A stretch of DNA of 64,000 nt from Thermostichus sp. DRC_bins_24 (lineage in GTDB: Bacteria > Cyanobacteriota > Cyanobacteriia > Thermostichales > Thermostichaceae). Below, piece after piece: positions 28,591 through 38,823 of the stretch (its first letter is position 1; every line of letters starts with the position of its first letter). The stretch is from assembly GCA_039794845.1 (NCBI GenBank), contig JAUQVK010000044.1, positions 1 through 64,000 on the forward strand, read 5' to 3'. Below the pieces are notes generated by a model that was given only the letters and a program-made list of their open reading frames with translations, was not told where the DNA came from and did not search any database. Made by a program: the position numbers and the translations under genes.

Positions 28591-30518
28591 GCCGTCAGGG
28601 GAAGTCGAGAGGCGGGAGCAGCGGCTCGTTGCCCGGTTGGCCCAGGGATCCCGTTGCGCCCGTTGAGGGAAGCAGGTGAACTGGGTTCTTCTGCATCCGG
28701 CAGCAGCAAGTCCCGGATTAGGCGGGCTGCAGAGCGTTGTAACCAGCGGGAGGCCAGTTGACGACCCAGTTGTTGAGCCTCGGGCTTGGTGGCCACCTTG
28801 GCCACGACAGGCAGAAGTTGCATCGGTTGAAAGGCCGGGCTGTCGCTCAGGAGTTTCCATAGGCGTTGCAAATGCTCCAGGGTGTCTGGAGCCGGTGTCG
28901 CCGATTGGGCTCCAGAACTGGAGAAAAGCACATCCACCAAGCGCTCTCGCAGGAAGGCGCCCCGCTCAGAAAAGAGGAAGTCCACCGCTTTTTCCAGGGA
29001 TCCCTGTAGGTCGAAATCTTCGCTGTTGCTGGCGTTGCGCAGCAGGTTTTCCAAACGATTCCAGCGAAACTGCCCTTGGTTGAAGAGCAGCTCCCGTAGG
29101 GATACGCGCAGCTCTGGAGCCGGGTCGCTGAGCAGCCGTTGGGCCACATAAGGGTAGGCAACACTCAGCACCTTAAAGTTGGGATCCAGGCTGATGGCGA
29201 TCCCTTCCAGGGTCAAGAGGGAGCGGATGATCAAGGCATAGTAGGCGGGCACGCGAAAGGGAAAGTCGTACATCACCCCCGAGAGCTTGTCGGTCATGCT
29301 CTTAAAGTTCATCTGGGCCACAGAGCTGCCCATTGCCTCGGCAAAGACGGCTTCCAGGGCGGGGATGATCGGGGTGAGGTCGGTATCGGGGCTGAGAAAT
29401 TCTAAATCCACGTAGTCTTGGGCCAGCCCGACAAAATCGCGGTTCACCAAATGCACGATTGCCTTGATTAGGCCGTAGCGCTGATGGGGCTGGATGGTGC
29501 TCATCATGCCGAAATCGATGTAAGCCAGCCGCCCATCGGCCATGGCCAAGAGATTACCAGGATGGGGATCCGCGTGGAAAAAGCCGCTTTCCAAGAGCTG
29601 CTTGAGGGAGCAATTGACACCGATCTCGATCAGGTGTCGCCCATCCAGCCCTGCGGCGGTGATCTTATCCAGCTGGGTGAGCTTGATGCCGTCGATCCAC
29701 TCCATTGTCAACACCTTCGTGCGGGTGTAATCCCAGTAAATCTTGGGGGCGTAGATGGAGGGATGACGATACAGCTGCAGGAAGCGCTCGGCATTGCGAC
29801 CTTCCTGCGTATAGTCCATTTCTTCGTAGAGCCGCGTGGCAAACTCCTCCACAATGCCCACCAAGTCGCTACGGATGCGGCGGAAGGTTCGCTTAGCCCA
29901 CAGCGCTAAGCCGCGAATGATGTACATATCGAGGGAGATGCGCCCGATCAAGTCCGGACGCTGCACCTTGACAGCGACCTTCTCCCCCGTGTGCAAATAG
30001 GCCTGGTAAACCTGCCCGAGGCTGGCGGCAGCAATGGGGTTGGGAGCGATCTCCCGATAAATCTTCTCTAGGGGCTGGCCGATCTCCGATTCGATTAGCT
30101 CAAAGGCAATCTTGTTGTCAAAAGGAGGCAGCTCATCCTGCAGCTTGGCCAGTTCTTCTAAGAACAGGGGTGAGACCAAATCCGGGCGGGTGGAAAGGGC
30201 TTGGCCGATTTTGATCGCCGTCGGGCCCAGTTCGGTGAGGATTTCCCGCAGTCGGGCCGCATGTTTGGGGCGGTTCTTCAGCTCCACCCCCCGCCAACGA
30301 TCCCAGAATACCCAGGCCAGCAGGCCCAGAAAGGGGCTGACCAACTGAAACAGCCGCCCCACCACCAGATCCCAACGACCACGATATTGCCTGGCCAGCT
30401 GCTCCGGATCGTAGCGCAGGGCTGGCTCTGAGCTGACAGGGGGGGATCCCAACGTTGGCCCCACGGAGGGGACAAAGCGATGCTGCACGGTTGCTGGTGT
30501 TGACGGTGTTGCGCCCAT
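28587..30518 (-). CDS. AarF/ABC1/UbiB family kinase
   Basis: LGPTAIKIGQALSTRPD, AAASLGQVY, VAVKVQRP, FFHADPHPGN, IDFGM. Confidence 0.95.
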   Translation of the reverse strand: MGATPSTPATVQHRFVPSVGPTLGSPPVSSEPALRYDPEQLARQYRGRWDLVVGRLFQLVSPFLGLLAWVFWDRWRGVELKNRPKHAARLREILTELGPTAIKIGQALSTRPDLVSPLFLEELAKLQDELPPFDNKIAFELIESEIGQPLEKIYREIAPNPIAAASLGQVYQAYLHTGEKVAVKVQRPDLIGRISLDMYIIRGLALWAKRTFRRIRSDLVGIVEEFATRLYEEMDYTQEGRNAERFLQLYRHPSIYAPKIYWDYTRTKVLTMEWIDGIKLTQLDKITAAGLDGRHLIEIGVNCSLKQLLESGFFHADPHPGNLLAMADGRLAYIDFGMMSTIQPHQRYGLIKAIVHLVNRDFVGLAQDYVDLEFLSPDTDLTPIIPALEAVFAEAMGSSVAQMNFKSMTDKLSGVMYDFPFRVPAYYALIIRSLLTLEGIAISLDPNFKVLSVAYPYVAQRLLSDPAPELRVSLRELLFNQGQFRWNRLENLLRNASNSEDFDLQGSLEKAVDFLFSERGAFLRERLVDVLFSSSGAQSATPAPDTLEHLQRLWKLLSDSPAFQPMQLLPVVAKVATKPEAQQLGRQLASRWLQRSAARLIRDLLLPDAEEPSSPASLNGRNGIPGPTGQRAAAPASRLPLTA

Positions 30519-30593
30519 AAAAGCCCCAACGGATCCCGTAACACATCTTAACTTGCTCCCTCAGACAACCGCTCCTCAGGGGTTACCCCCAGC

Positions 30594-31481
30594 TCACTCC
30601 ATTTGGCTCAACGAGTCATGCCAAGGGATCAGCACACGCTCCAGCCCATTCACTATCTGGAAGAGCAAAATGGCAAACGCAGAGGTCACCGCAATGGTGG
30701 CCCACAGCAGCTCAATGCGAAACTCAAAGGTGCTCATCACCACCAGGTAGCCCAGGCCGCGATCGGAGCCGATCCACTCTGCCACCAAAGCGCCGATTAC
30801 CGCCGCTGCACTGGAGATTTTCAGGGCCGAGAGCAAGTAGGGCAAGGCTGCCGGCCAGCGCAACTTGGCAAATACCTGCCAGGGGGAAGCCGCCAGTGTG
30901 TACATCAATTCCAGGCTGGAGCGATCCACAGAGTTGAGGCCGCGGGTCATATTCACCAGGGTCGGGAAAAAGCAGATCAACGCGGCGATGATCACCTTCG
31001 GCAACAGGCCATTGCCAAACCAGAGCAAAAACAATGGCGCCAAAGCGACGACAGGAATCGAGCGGATCGTCAGAGCCAAAGGGAACAACGCCTGCTCGAG
31101 GGTGCGGGAGTGAACGAAGACAATCGCCAGGAGGATCGCCACCCCATTGCCCGCCAGAAAGCCCAAGATGGCCTCCAACGCCGTCACCAACAGGTTGCGC
31201 CAGAGCAACGCACGATGCTGCATCAAGGCGGCCCCGATCTCGCTCGGCTTGGGCATGATGTAGGTGGGCACCTGCAGCCAACGGGATCCCACCTCCCAGA
31301 CCACCAAAATCCCGACGATGATCAACAGGGCGTTGCGGTAGCTGTAGAGTTTGCGCCACAGGCCGGGCCGTACAGCAGGGGCAGGGGATCCCTCCTCAGG
31401 GGGCGGTTCCGAGGTCGGCATCTCCGCCAGACCGACTCCACCGCGATTTTTTAACGGGTCTGTGAATGGCTCTTCAGGCAT
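30594..31481 (-). CDS. NitT/TauT family ABC transporter permease
   Basis: IPVVALAPLF, FFPTLVN, KLRWPAALP, ALVAEW. Confidence 0.9.
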   Translation of the reverse strand: MPEEPFTDPLKNRGGVGLAEMPTSEPPPEEGSPAPAVRPGLWRKLYSYRNALLIIVGILVVWEVGSRWLQVPTYIMPKPSEIGAALMQHRALLWRNLLVTALEAILGFLAGNGVAILLAIVFVHSRTLEQALFPLALTIRSIPVVALAPLFLLWFGNGLLPKVIIAALICFFPTLVNMTRGLNSVDRSSLELMYTLAASPWQVFAKLRWPAALPYLLSALKISSAAAVIGALVAEWIGSDRGLGYLVVMSTFEFRIELLWATIAVTSAFAILLFQIVNGLERVLIPWHDSLSQME

Positions 31482-32280
31482 AGTAGAGCGCCTCTCGCAC
31501 TTGCAAACTGTAGTTGTAAATTTGGCGAGCCCGGGTGGCCATATCGGTGGCGCGGGGGCGGGGCAGGTCGATATCGAGGATGGTTTTGATGCGGCCCGGT
31601 CGCGGCGAGAGCACCACCACCCGATCCGAGAGGAACACCGCTTCTTCAATCGAATGGGTGACGAACAACACCGCTGCCGTCGTCTCTTGCCAAATGCGCA
31701 ACAGCTCCAAATTCATGCGATCGCGGGTGATCTCATCCAGTGCCCCAAACGGCTCATCCATCAGCAACAAAGGCGGATTCAGGGAGAGTGCCCGCGCCAA
31801 GGCCGCCCGTTGCCGCATCCCCCCCGAAAGATGCTTGGGCTGTTTGTCTTCAAAGCCGGCCAAATGCACCAGTTTCAGCAACGAAAGCGGTTTCTCCACC
31901 AATTGAGCCGCTGCTGCCCCGATCACCTCCAGCGGCAGTTGCACATTGTGCAGCACATTCCGCCAAGGCAACATCACCGGATCTTGAAACATGAAGCTGA
32001 AGCTGCGCTGCTTACGGGCTTCTGTGGGGGTTTGCCCATGCACCCGAATCTGGCCGCTGCTGGGTTTGAGGATATCCGCCACCAGACGCAAAATGGTGGA
32101 TTTGCCACAGCCACTCGGCCCGATCAGAGAGACGAACTCTCCGGCTCGCACGCTCAAGTTGACATCCTGTAAAGCAGTAACCGCCCGCCCACCGGAAAGG
32201 TAGGTCATGCTGACGTTTTGCAGCTCGACCGCCGGGATCCCTGTAGTTCGGGTTAGCGTCAGGGGCTCAAGCATGGCCAT
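31474..32280 (-). CDS. NitT/TauT family ABC transporter ATP-binding protein
   Basis: GPSGCGKST, LSGGMRQR, LMDEPFGALD. Confidence 0.95.
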   Translation of the reverse strand: MAMLEPLTLTRTTGIPAVELQNVSMTYLSGGRAVTALQDVNLSVRAGEFVSLIGPSGCGKSTILRLVADILKPSSGQIRVHGQTPTEARKQRSFSFMFQDPVMLPWRNVLHNVQLPLEVIGAAAAQLVEKPLSLLKLVHLAGFEDKQPKHLSGGMRQRAALARALSLNPPLLLMDEPFGALDEITRDRMNLELLRIWQETTAAVLFVTHSIEEAVFLSDRVVVLSPRPGRIKTILDIDLPRPRATDMATRARQIYNYSLQVREALYYA

Positions 32281-33307
32281 GCACCTTCTCCAGCAGATCG
32301 AAGACCAACAGCTGGCTGACGTCGATGGGACGTTCGATCACTTCGGTTTCGACGGCCACTTGATTGGTTTGCTCCCATCGCCCGGGATCCATCCAAAACA
32401 GGCCCTTTTCTTCGGTAAGCTCCGATACCATTAACTCTAGGCCGGCGCGATTTTGGGCGATCTGCTGCGTGAGGCTCAGCCCTTCCCCGTACTTTTCCAC
32501 CACAAACTGGGCTACCTCGTCGGGGTTTTGCATAGTGTATTCCCACCCTTTCAGGGAGGCGCGCAAAAAGGCTTCCAGCACATCGGGTTTGCGTTCCAGC
32601 ATCGCTTCGGTGGCAATGAAACTATCTGCCTCAAAGCGCAAGCCCATGTCGTAGTAGAGGAAGACCCGGGGTTCTATGCCTTGTTCCTTCATGGTGAGGG
32701 GCTGGTTGGTGGCAAAGGCGGTGTAGAGATCGACGACCCCCTGCATCACTGGGCTGGGATCAAAGGACACCACGATCATTTCCACCTGGTCTTCTGGGAT
32801 CCCGTTGATCTTAAGGACGGTTTTGACCACATTGCGGGCGGTTTGTTGGTGGCCGATCTTCTTACCTGCGAAGTCTTGTGGGCTCATGATGCCGCTATCG
32901 GCTCGACAAACCAAACACCCCGGCGACTTTTGATAGGTAGATCCAAAGGCGATCAGAGGTACGCCACGGGAACGGGCGGCCACCAGTTGGGTTGCGGAGG
33001 CGATAATGCCAATGTCTGCAACACCACTGGCAGTGACCGTAGCCGGATCGATTTGGCCCCCACCGGGAAGGATGTTGATATCCAAGCCTTCCTCTTTGAA
33101 AAAGCCTTTTTCCAGCGCCGCCCATTGTCCGGCAAATTCCACGTTTTTGATCCAGGCCAGTTGCAAATTGGCCGATTGCAGGGCTTGGGCTTCTGCTTTT
33201 TGCCCTACTCGCCAACCCACCGCCCCGGCAACTGTGAACCCAACCGCCTGCTGCAGGAAAGCCCGGCGGCTACGGGGCCAACCGGCAAGGGTGACTTTCT
33301 CCAACAT
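32267..33307 (-). CDS. ABC substrate-binding protein, NMT1/THI5-like, with Tat signal
   Basis: SRRAFL twin-arginine; LQLAWIKNVEFAG...KGFFKEEGLD...PGG. Confidence 0.85.
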   Translation of the reverse strand: MLEKVTLAGWPRSRRAFLQQAVGFTVAGAVGWRVGQKAEAQALQSANLQLAWIKNVEFAGQWAALEKGFFKEEGLDINILPGGGQIDPATVTASGVADIGIIASATQLVAARSRGVPLIAFGSTYQKSPGCLVCRADSGIMSPQDFAGKKIGHQQTARNVVKTVLKINGIPEDQVEMIVVSFDPSPVMQGVVDLYTAFATNQPLTMKEQGIEPRVFLYYDMGLRFEADSFIATEAMLERKPDVLEAFLRASLKGWEYTMQNPDEVAQFVVEKYGEGLSLTQQIAQNRAGLELMVSELTEEKGLFWMDPGRWEQTNQVAVETEVIERPIDVSQLLVFDLLEKVHGHA

Positions 33308-33393
33308 CGATCCGCTCCTTCAGTGTGTTTTGTTTGGGGGGAGGCGACTGCGTCTTCAAGATGGGCAGCCATAGGGTGAAAAAGACTGGTTGA

Positions 33394-33435
33394 ACCTTAA
33401 TGGGTCTGGGTTTAGGAAGTTGTAGCTGCCTATAC
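33394..33435 (-). promoter_or_regulatory. NtcA-activated class II promoter of the ABC operon
   Basis: GTA-taggcagc-TAC (33435-33422), exactly 22 nt, then -10 TAAGGT (33399-33394). Confidence 0.8.
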
Positions 33436-33561
33436 GGGGATCCCTTCTGGGGGTTGGATGGCCCGGCAGTGTGGGCAGAAAATACCCCCTCTTGACGGGA
33501 TCCCACCCGTGGGCTGAGCTGGGGATCCCCTTAAAATAGGAAGACTGCACCGCTGGCCTTT

Positions 33562-34440
33562 GTGTCTGGATCCCACGCCCTTCCGCCTGCTGAGCCGGGT
33601 TCGACTCGGTTTGAAACCCTCAAGGCTCGCCATTTGCTGTTGGCCTTCCTGTTGATCAACCTGAGTGTAGGCTTGGGGATGGTTGCCTTGGCCAGGCTGT
33701 TGAATTGGCAGTCGGACGACCCGCTGCTGGCCTACCTTGTCTACTGCGCTACGTTTATCCTCACCTGTGCCTGGAGCTGGCGACGGGGGCAACAGGCTCA
33801 TGTGCAAATGGGGCAACTGTGGGGGAACTGGCGCGCCCCGATCCCCTGGGGATCCCTGCTGCGGGTGGTGTTGGCGCTGGTGATGCTCTCCATGGGCACA
33901 ACCTTGCTAATGCTTTATCTGGTGTCACTGCTCTCACCCGAGCTGGCGGAGTTGATGTTGTCTACGCTGGGGGAAGACACTCGCGCCACTGCCTGGCCGC
34001 AAGTGTACCAGGGGTTGCGCTGGTTCTCGATTGTGGTGGTAGCCCCGGTGACGGAGGAGTGGCTGTTTCGCGGCATTTTGCTCCACCGCTGGAGTCTCAA
34101 GTGGGGGATCTCCAAAGGTCTGCTGGCCTCTTCCGTGCTGTTCGGCCTGATGCACCCCAACCCGATTGGGCTAACGGTGTTTGGCTTGGTGATGGGCTTG
34201 TTTTATCTGCAAACCCGCTCCCTCACTCTGCCCATTCTGGCCCACGTCTTGAACAATGTCTTGGCCCTGACGCTCGGATCTTTGGGGGGAGAAGGGAGCA
34301 CAGAAGGAGATCCAATTGGAATTTTTTACCTATACTATGGTCTGTTCTGTCTGATTTTGGCTGGATCCATTTTGGTGCCCTTTATCCGCTTTCATTGGCC
34401 GCAACGCGGGACCCAGTTGCCCTATTTTCTTAATCGCTGA
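33562..34440 (+). CDS. CPBP (CAAX/Abi) family intramembrane metalloprotease
   Basis: APVTEEWLFRG, FGLMH, AHVLNN; multiple TM helices. Confidence 0.9.
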   Translation: MSGSHALPPAEPGSTRFETLKARHLLLAFLLINLSVGLGMVALARLLNWQSDDPLLAYLVYCATFILTCAWSWRRGQQAHVQMGQLWGNWRAPIPWGSLLRVVLALVMLSMGTTLLMLYLVSLLSPELAELMLSTLGEDTRATAWPQVYQGLRWFSIVVVAPVTEEWLFRGILLHRWSLKWGISKGLLASSVLFGLMHPNPIGLTVFGLVMGLFYLQTRSLTLPILAHVLNNVLALTLGSLGGEGSTEGDPIGIFYLYYGLFCLILAGSILVPFIRFHWPQRGTQLPYFLNR

Positions 34441-34443
34441 ATG

Positions 34444-35156
34444 CTGAGGGGGTGACAATCACAGGTAGGATGCTTGTCTGATGAACCGTTCATGACAGAC
34501 ATGAGTACCTTCATAGGTCATACCCACCACTTTTGAAGTCTCGAAACATCTCTTCAATGCCAAACCGTTTTCTTATACAGCCCTTTACGCCTAGGGCACG
34601 CTGGCGCGTTCGTCCATGGCGGCCCATAGGGCACCGCTAGTCCCATGTAACAACCGTGGAAGTTGAGATCCACCCCCTAGGGCTAAAGAAGCACAAGCCC
34701 TGCCGTAGAAAACCCGCGTAAGGGCTGTAAGCCGTAATCGCCGTAGCTAAATCCTCTAGATTGGTCAGGATAAACCATCCTTCTTTTGTTGATAGCCCCT
34801 GGGTCTTACGTTTCCACTTCGCAGCGATATTAAACTGACCATACCCCTTCTTCCTGGTGACTTTGACCCCCTGTAAAAATAGACTGTTCCCTGGAGAAAG
34901 CTCTAGTTGCTCTAAGCTTTGCCAAACCTCGTCCTTCGTTTGGATAAACTCGTTCTTCCTTAATCGCAAGCAGAAGTGAGTTTTCTTCTCCTGAAGCCAG
35001 TTCCCAAGTTTTACAGAGCAAAATTCTCGGTCGGGATGACTTGATAGTCCTTCAATAGGGGTAAGACGAGCGATAATGAACGGCCTACTTTTTTTACCAC
35101 AATAAGGTCAATCCCTTGTCCCGTAAGCTTTCCACACACCTTTGTCACCCCGTCAG
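34444..35156 (-). mobile_element. Internally deleted IS4-family element (pseudogene)
   Basis: TIRs ctgagggggtgacaa / ttgtcaccccgtcag; fragments DREFCSVKLGNWL..FCLRLRKNE, WFILTNL, RFGIEEMFRDFKSGGYDL. Confidence 0.8.
34578..34727. mobile_element. 150-bp MITE inserted in the IS4 remnant
   Basis: TIRs cagccctttacg / cgtaagggctg, TA on both sides; interrupts the transposase at ITAY|..RFGIEE. Confidence 0.75.
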
Positions 35157-35372
35157 GCCCATGACTCTCAGCCAATGGTTAATGAATGCCCACGCTAGCA
35201 GATAGGATCTCCCCATAGGCCTTGTTGGAGTGGCCCTGAAAATGCCCCCGCACCTGTTACAGGGATCCATTCCATGACTAACAAGGATCCAAGCAGTGCT
35301 GAACCCGTACAACTCCTGTGCCTATGGCGGCTGAGTTTGGAGAACCACAGGCCAACTTCCAATACACCCAAC

Positions 35373-36869
35373 TTAGGGTAGCGCGACATGGTTCACCCCA
35401 GCGAACAGGATCAACATCAGCACCAACACCACACTCAAGCCCCCAATCACCGCCTCTAACCCCTCATCCAAGCGCCAAGACCCTTCTGCGGAGCACGAAC
35501 GCTTGAGCGGGAAACGCTCCCAAAACCACCCGTTCGCGCCAGCGGGACGGAGTCCGAGGAGGATGCCAAGACTCAGGCTGAGCAGTGCCTTGAGAAGACT
35601 GGCAGTACTATAGGCCGCCGGTAACCCGCTCCAGAGCAAGCCCCCACCCCAGATCGCCAGCGCCACTTTATCTTGCCAGCCTGCCTGATGGGTGATTTTC
35701 AGGGTCACCGGAGGGGGTGTCAGCAGCACCCGGATCCCCACACAGGTGGTCCCCACGGTGACCACGGTGAGCAGCCACTCGTGCCAAGGCGCCAGGGCAG
35801 ATAAGCTCAGGGCTTTCGCCGCGTAACCCAAACTACCGGGCACACCGGCCAGCGAGGCTGCCCCCAGAATCAACATCGGCCAGCGCCAGCGATTCGTCAC
35901 GGCTGCCCCGATAAACAGCAAGGGTTTCGCCAGTCCGTGGGCAAGGCCATACAAACCCGCCCACTGGGGCGCAGCGATCACAAATCCCATCTGCGATACC
36001 GAGCTCCAAGCCAACAGGCGCTGCGGTGTCCTTGACATCAAGGCAAACGCAATGCCAAAAACAGCTGAGCCCGCACTCAAGTAGGGTAGCCACTGAGCCA
36101 AGACCCCTGAGGCTTCACCACAGCGAACCAAGGCCATGGCTCCTGCTTTGGTGGTAAAGCCGCTGAGCACCGTCACGATAACCGGATCAGCACTGATATA
36201 AGTTAGGGGCAGCCATAAGCCTGCGACGAAGACCGCCCCCTTGGCCAAGAGACCCAGAGTAATCAGGGCCAAAGCCGTCGGTGTGGCTGCAGCCAAACTG
36301 CTGATGGCAAAGGATCCCGTGCGCACATAGACCAACACCGTGCCCATTAGATAAAAGAGCATGGCAACATTGCTCATAAACAGGTAACGCAGCCCCACCC
36401 AGAGTTGCCGCTCCCCCACTGTCGGTTGGTGCTCGGCACGCCGCCCATAGGTCAACAGCAAAAACACCCCGACACTCAACACCTCGAGGGCAACATAGAC
36501 GCTGATCAGATCGGCGCTGATGACCACTGCATTGGCACTGCCGTGGACGATCAGCAGTTGCATGGCCACGAAGCGGTTGCCCACAAAACGTCGATCCAGA
36601 TACAACGCCACCACAAGCGTGACCAGGCCATGAGCCAAGAGCATCGGCGCCACCTGGGCATCTACGCGCAGCGTCACCCCAAAGTGATCCAGCAGCCTCA
36701 GTTCCAGCGGCACAGCTGTGGTACCGGGCAAGCCTCCGTGCTGCACCGCATAAACCGCCGTCAGCACAGCCATAGCGATCACACTTGGGCGTGTCAGGAC
36801 TGGCAGCAAGTAGGTTGTGAACGCCAACAAAAAGGGCAGCGCCACCCATACCAACGTCAGTTCAGTCAT
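35373..36869 (-). CDS. mrpD: Mrp/Mnh cation:proton antiporter subunit D-like
   Basis: ADLISVYVALEV, LRYLF, GLWLP, RLLAWSSVSQMG, HGLAK; many TM helices; overlaps the mrpC stop. Confidence 0.85.
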   Translation of the reverse strand: MTELTLVWVALPFLLAFTTYLLPVLTRPSVIAMAVLTAVYAVQHGGLPGTTAVPLELRLLDHFGVTLRVDAQVAPMLLAHGLVTLVVALYLDRRFVGNRFVAMQLLIVHGSANAVVISADLISVYVALEVLSVGVFLLLTYGRRAEHQPTVGERQLWVGLRYLFMSNVAMLFYLMGTVLVYVRTGSFAISSLAAATPTALALITLGLLAKGAVFVAGLWLPLTYISADPVIVTVLSGFTTKAGAMALVRCGEASGVLAQWLPYLSAGSAVFGIAFALMSRTPQRLLAWSSVSQMGFVIAAPQWAGLYGLAHGLAKPLLFIGAAVTNRWRWPMLILGAASLAGVPGSLGYAAKALSLSALAPWHEWLLTVVTVGTTCVGIRVLLTPPPVTLKITHQAGWQDKVALAIWGGGLLWSGLPAAYSTASLLKALLSLSLGILLGLRPAGANGWFWERFPLKRSCSAEGSWRLDEGLEAVIGGLSVVLVLMLILFAGVNHVALP

Positions 36870-37212
36870 CTGGGGTTGCCTGTGTGAGGGCCTGCTCGAT
36901 ACTCTCAACTTCCAGGGTGGGGTGGTTGCGGGCCAGTTTCATCACCCCCACCAACATCAAGGCTTGCACCGACAGGCCAATCACAATCGCCGTGAGGATA
37001 ACCCCTTGAGGCACCGGATCGGCATAGGCCAGCTCCCGCCAGGGTTTGTAGATGGGTGTGAACATACCGTTCCGTGCCGCCCAAATCACAAAGAAGGCAA
37101 TGACACCCGTACTCATCACATCCATCGCAATGATCTTCATAATTAGGTTGCGCTTAACCACAACCCCCAAAAAGCCAAGGATGATCGTGATGATGATGGC
37201 AGCATTTAACAT
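36862..37212 (-). CDS. mrpC: Mrp/Mnh antiporter subunit C
   Basis: KRNLIMKII, ADPVPQGVILTAIVIG. Confidence 0.9.
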   Translation of the reverse strand: MLNAAIIITIILGFLGVVVKRNLIMKIIAMDVMSTGVIAFFVIWAARNGMFTPIYKPWRELAYADPVPQGVILTAIVIGLSVQALMLVGVMKLARNHPTLEVESIEQALTQATPDD

Positions 37213-37501
37213 TTGTCCCTCACTCGCCGCGTTCGGGCGGGATCCAGTTCATTCAGTCAGTATCCAGCCTCTACGGTCTTGGCAGCCAGATTTGCAGACG
37301 TGACTTCCGAACGGCCACTGCAGTTGCGGCAACCCAATACATCGGTTGAGTTTCTAAGCATCCTCCAGGGCTGAGCTGAAAAAACGATTGAAGAGGCCGC
37401 CTCGAAGTTAGAGGGGATCGTGACGCAACCGGGATCCAGATACCCACAACCCACAGCAGGGCCGTGCTTTAGGATAGAGGCTATTGGGGATCCCGTCTGT
37501 G

Positions 37502-38719
37502 ATGTTGCCGGTTGCCGAAGCGGAGGCTCTGATTTTGCAAGCTGTTCAGCCCTTGGGCAGCGAGTGGGTAGAGCTGGGATCCGCCCAAAACCGTGTGCTC
37601 AGCCAGACCCTCCACAGCCCGCAAGATTTCCCCACCCAGCCCACCTCCAGCATGGATGGCTATGCCGTGCGGTACGAAGATGTGCGACAGGGGATCCCTT
37701 GTGAGCTGCAGGTGATCGAGACCATTCCCGCCGGAAAAGCCCCCACAAGAGCGCTGCAAAGGGGGCAGGCGGCGCGCCTTTACACCGGTTCCGTCTTGCC
37801 CGTCGGTGCCGATACGGTGGTGATACAGGAGCACACGGAACGCCTCTCGGGGGAGACCGTTCGCATTCTCCGAAGCCCGCAAGCGGGAGAATTTGTACGG
37901 CCTCGGGGGAGCTTTGCCGGTCAAGGGGATCCGATCCTAGAGGCCGGGCAACGCTTGGGAGGAGCAGAGCTAGCAGTCTTGGCAGCCATTCGGCAGGCGG
38001 TGGTGCCGGTGTTTCGTCAGCCACGGGTGGCGATTTTATCGACGGGGGATGAGCTGGTGCCCATCCAGCAGGTGCCGGGGCCGGGGCAGATCGTCGATTC
38101 CAACCAGTATGGCTTGGCGGCTTTGGTACGGGCGGCGGGTGGGATCCCGGTGAACCTGGGCATTGTGCCCGATCAGCCGCAGGTGTTGCGGGAGCGAATG
38201 CAGCAGGCCCTCGGATCTGCCGATGGGGTGATTTCTTCGGGTGGTGTGTCGGTGGGGGATTTTGACTATGTGGAAAAGCTCCTGGAGGAACTGGGGGGCG
38301 AGATCTTTATTCGCAGTGTGGCGATCAAGCCGGGCAAACCCCTGACGGTAGCCCGTTTTTCAAACCCGCACGGCCCTGCCAAACTGTATTTTGGCCTGCC
38401 GGGCAACCCCGCTTCTGCTTTGGTGACGTTCTGGCGCTTTTTGCACCCAGCCCTATTAAAAATGGGGGGATCCCCGCCCCCCTATTTGCAGTTCCTTTCT
38501 GCCACCAGTCCCGTTGCTCTGCACTCGGATGGCAAGCGCGAACACTATCTCTGGGGTAAATTGCACCTTAAGCCCGATCACGTTCAGTTTCAGCCCGCCA
38601 ACAGCCACAATTCCGGTAACTTAATGAACCTAGCGGGATGCAATGCCTTGGCTGTTCTGGAGGTAGGCAGGACTCAAATCCCTGCGGGTTCGCCCCTTCA
38701 GGTGCTGCGGCTGCCCTGA
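37502..38719 (+). CDS. moeA: Molybdopterin molybdotransferase
   Basis: SSMDGYAV, STGDEL, DSNQY, SGGVSVGDFD, IKPGKP, GLPGNP. Confidence 0.95.
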   Translation: MLPVAEAEALILQAVQPLGSEWVELGSAQNRVLSQTLHSPQDFPTQPTSSMDGYAVRYEDVRQGIPCELQVIETIPAGKAPTRALQRGQAARLYTGSVLPVGADTVVIQEHTERLSGETVRILRSPQAGEFVRPRGSFAGQGDPILEAGQRLGGAELAVLAAIRQAVVPVFRQPRVAILSTGDELVPIQQVPGPGQIVDSNQYGLAALVRAAGGIPVNLGIVPDQPQVLRERMQQALGSADGVISSGGVSVGDFDYVEKLLEELGGEIFIRSVAIKPGKPLTVARFSNPHGPAKLYFGLPGNPASALVTFWRFLHPALLKMGGSPPPYLQFLSATSPVALHSDGKREHYLWGKLHLKPDHVQFQPANSHNSGNLMNLAGCNALAVLEVGRTQIPAGSPLQVLRLP

Positions 38720-38823
38720 ACGGATCTGCAACCCTTTACTTTGCATTAGGACTATATCGGAATTGGCTATCATGAGGTTAAGACTGTACCTGATCGTTTG
38801 GGCCGATTCGCGAACTCTTCACC

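Noticed and set aside
33308..33560. TPP or xanthine (NMT1) riboswitch upstream of the THI5-like binding protein
   Set aside because: No CTGAGA/CCTGA core or other recognisable aptamer; the NtcA promoter explains the region.
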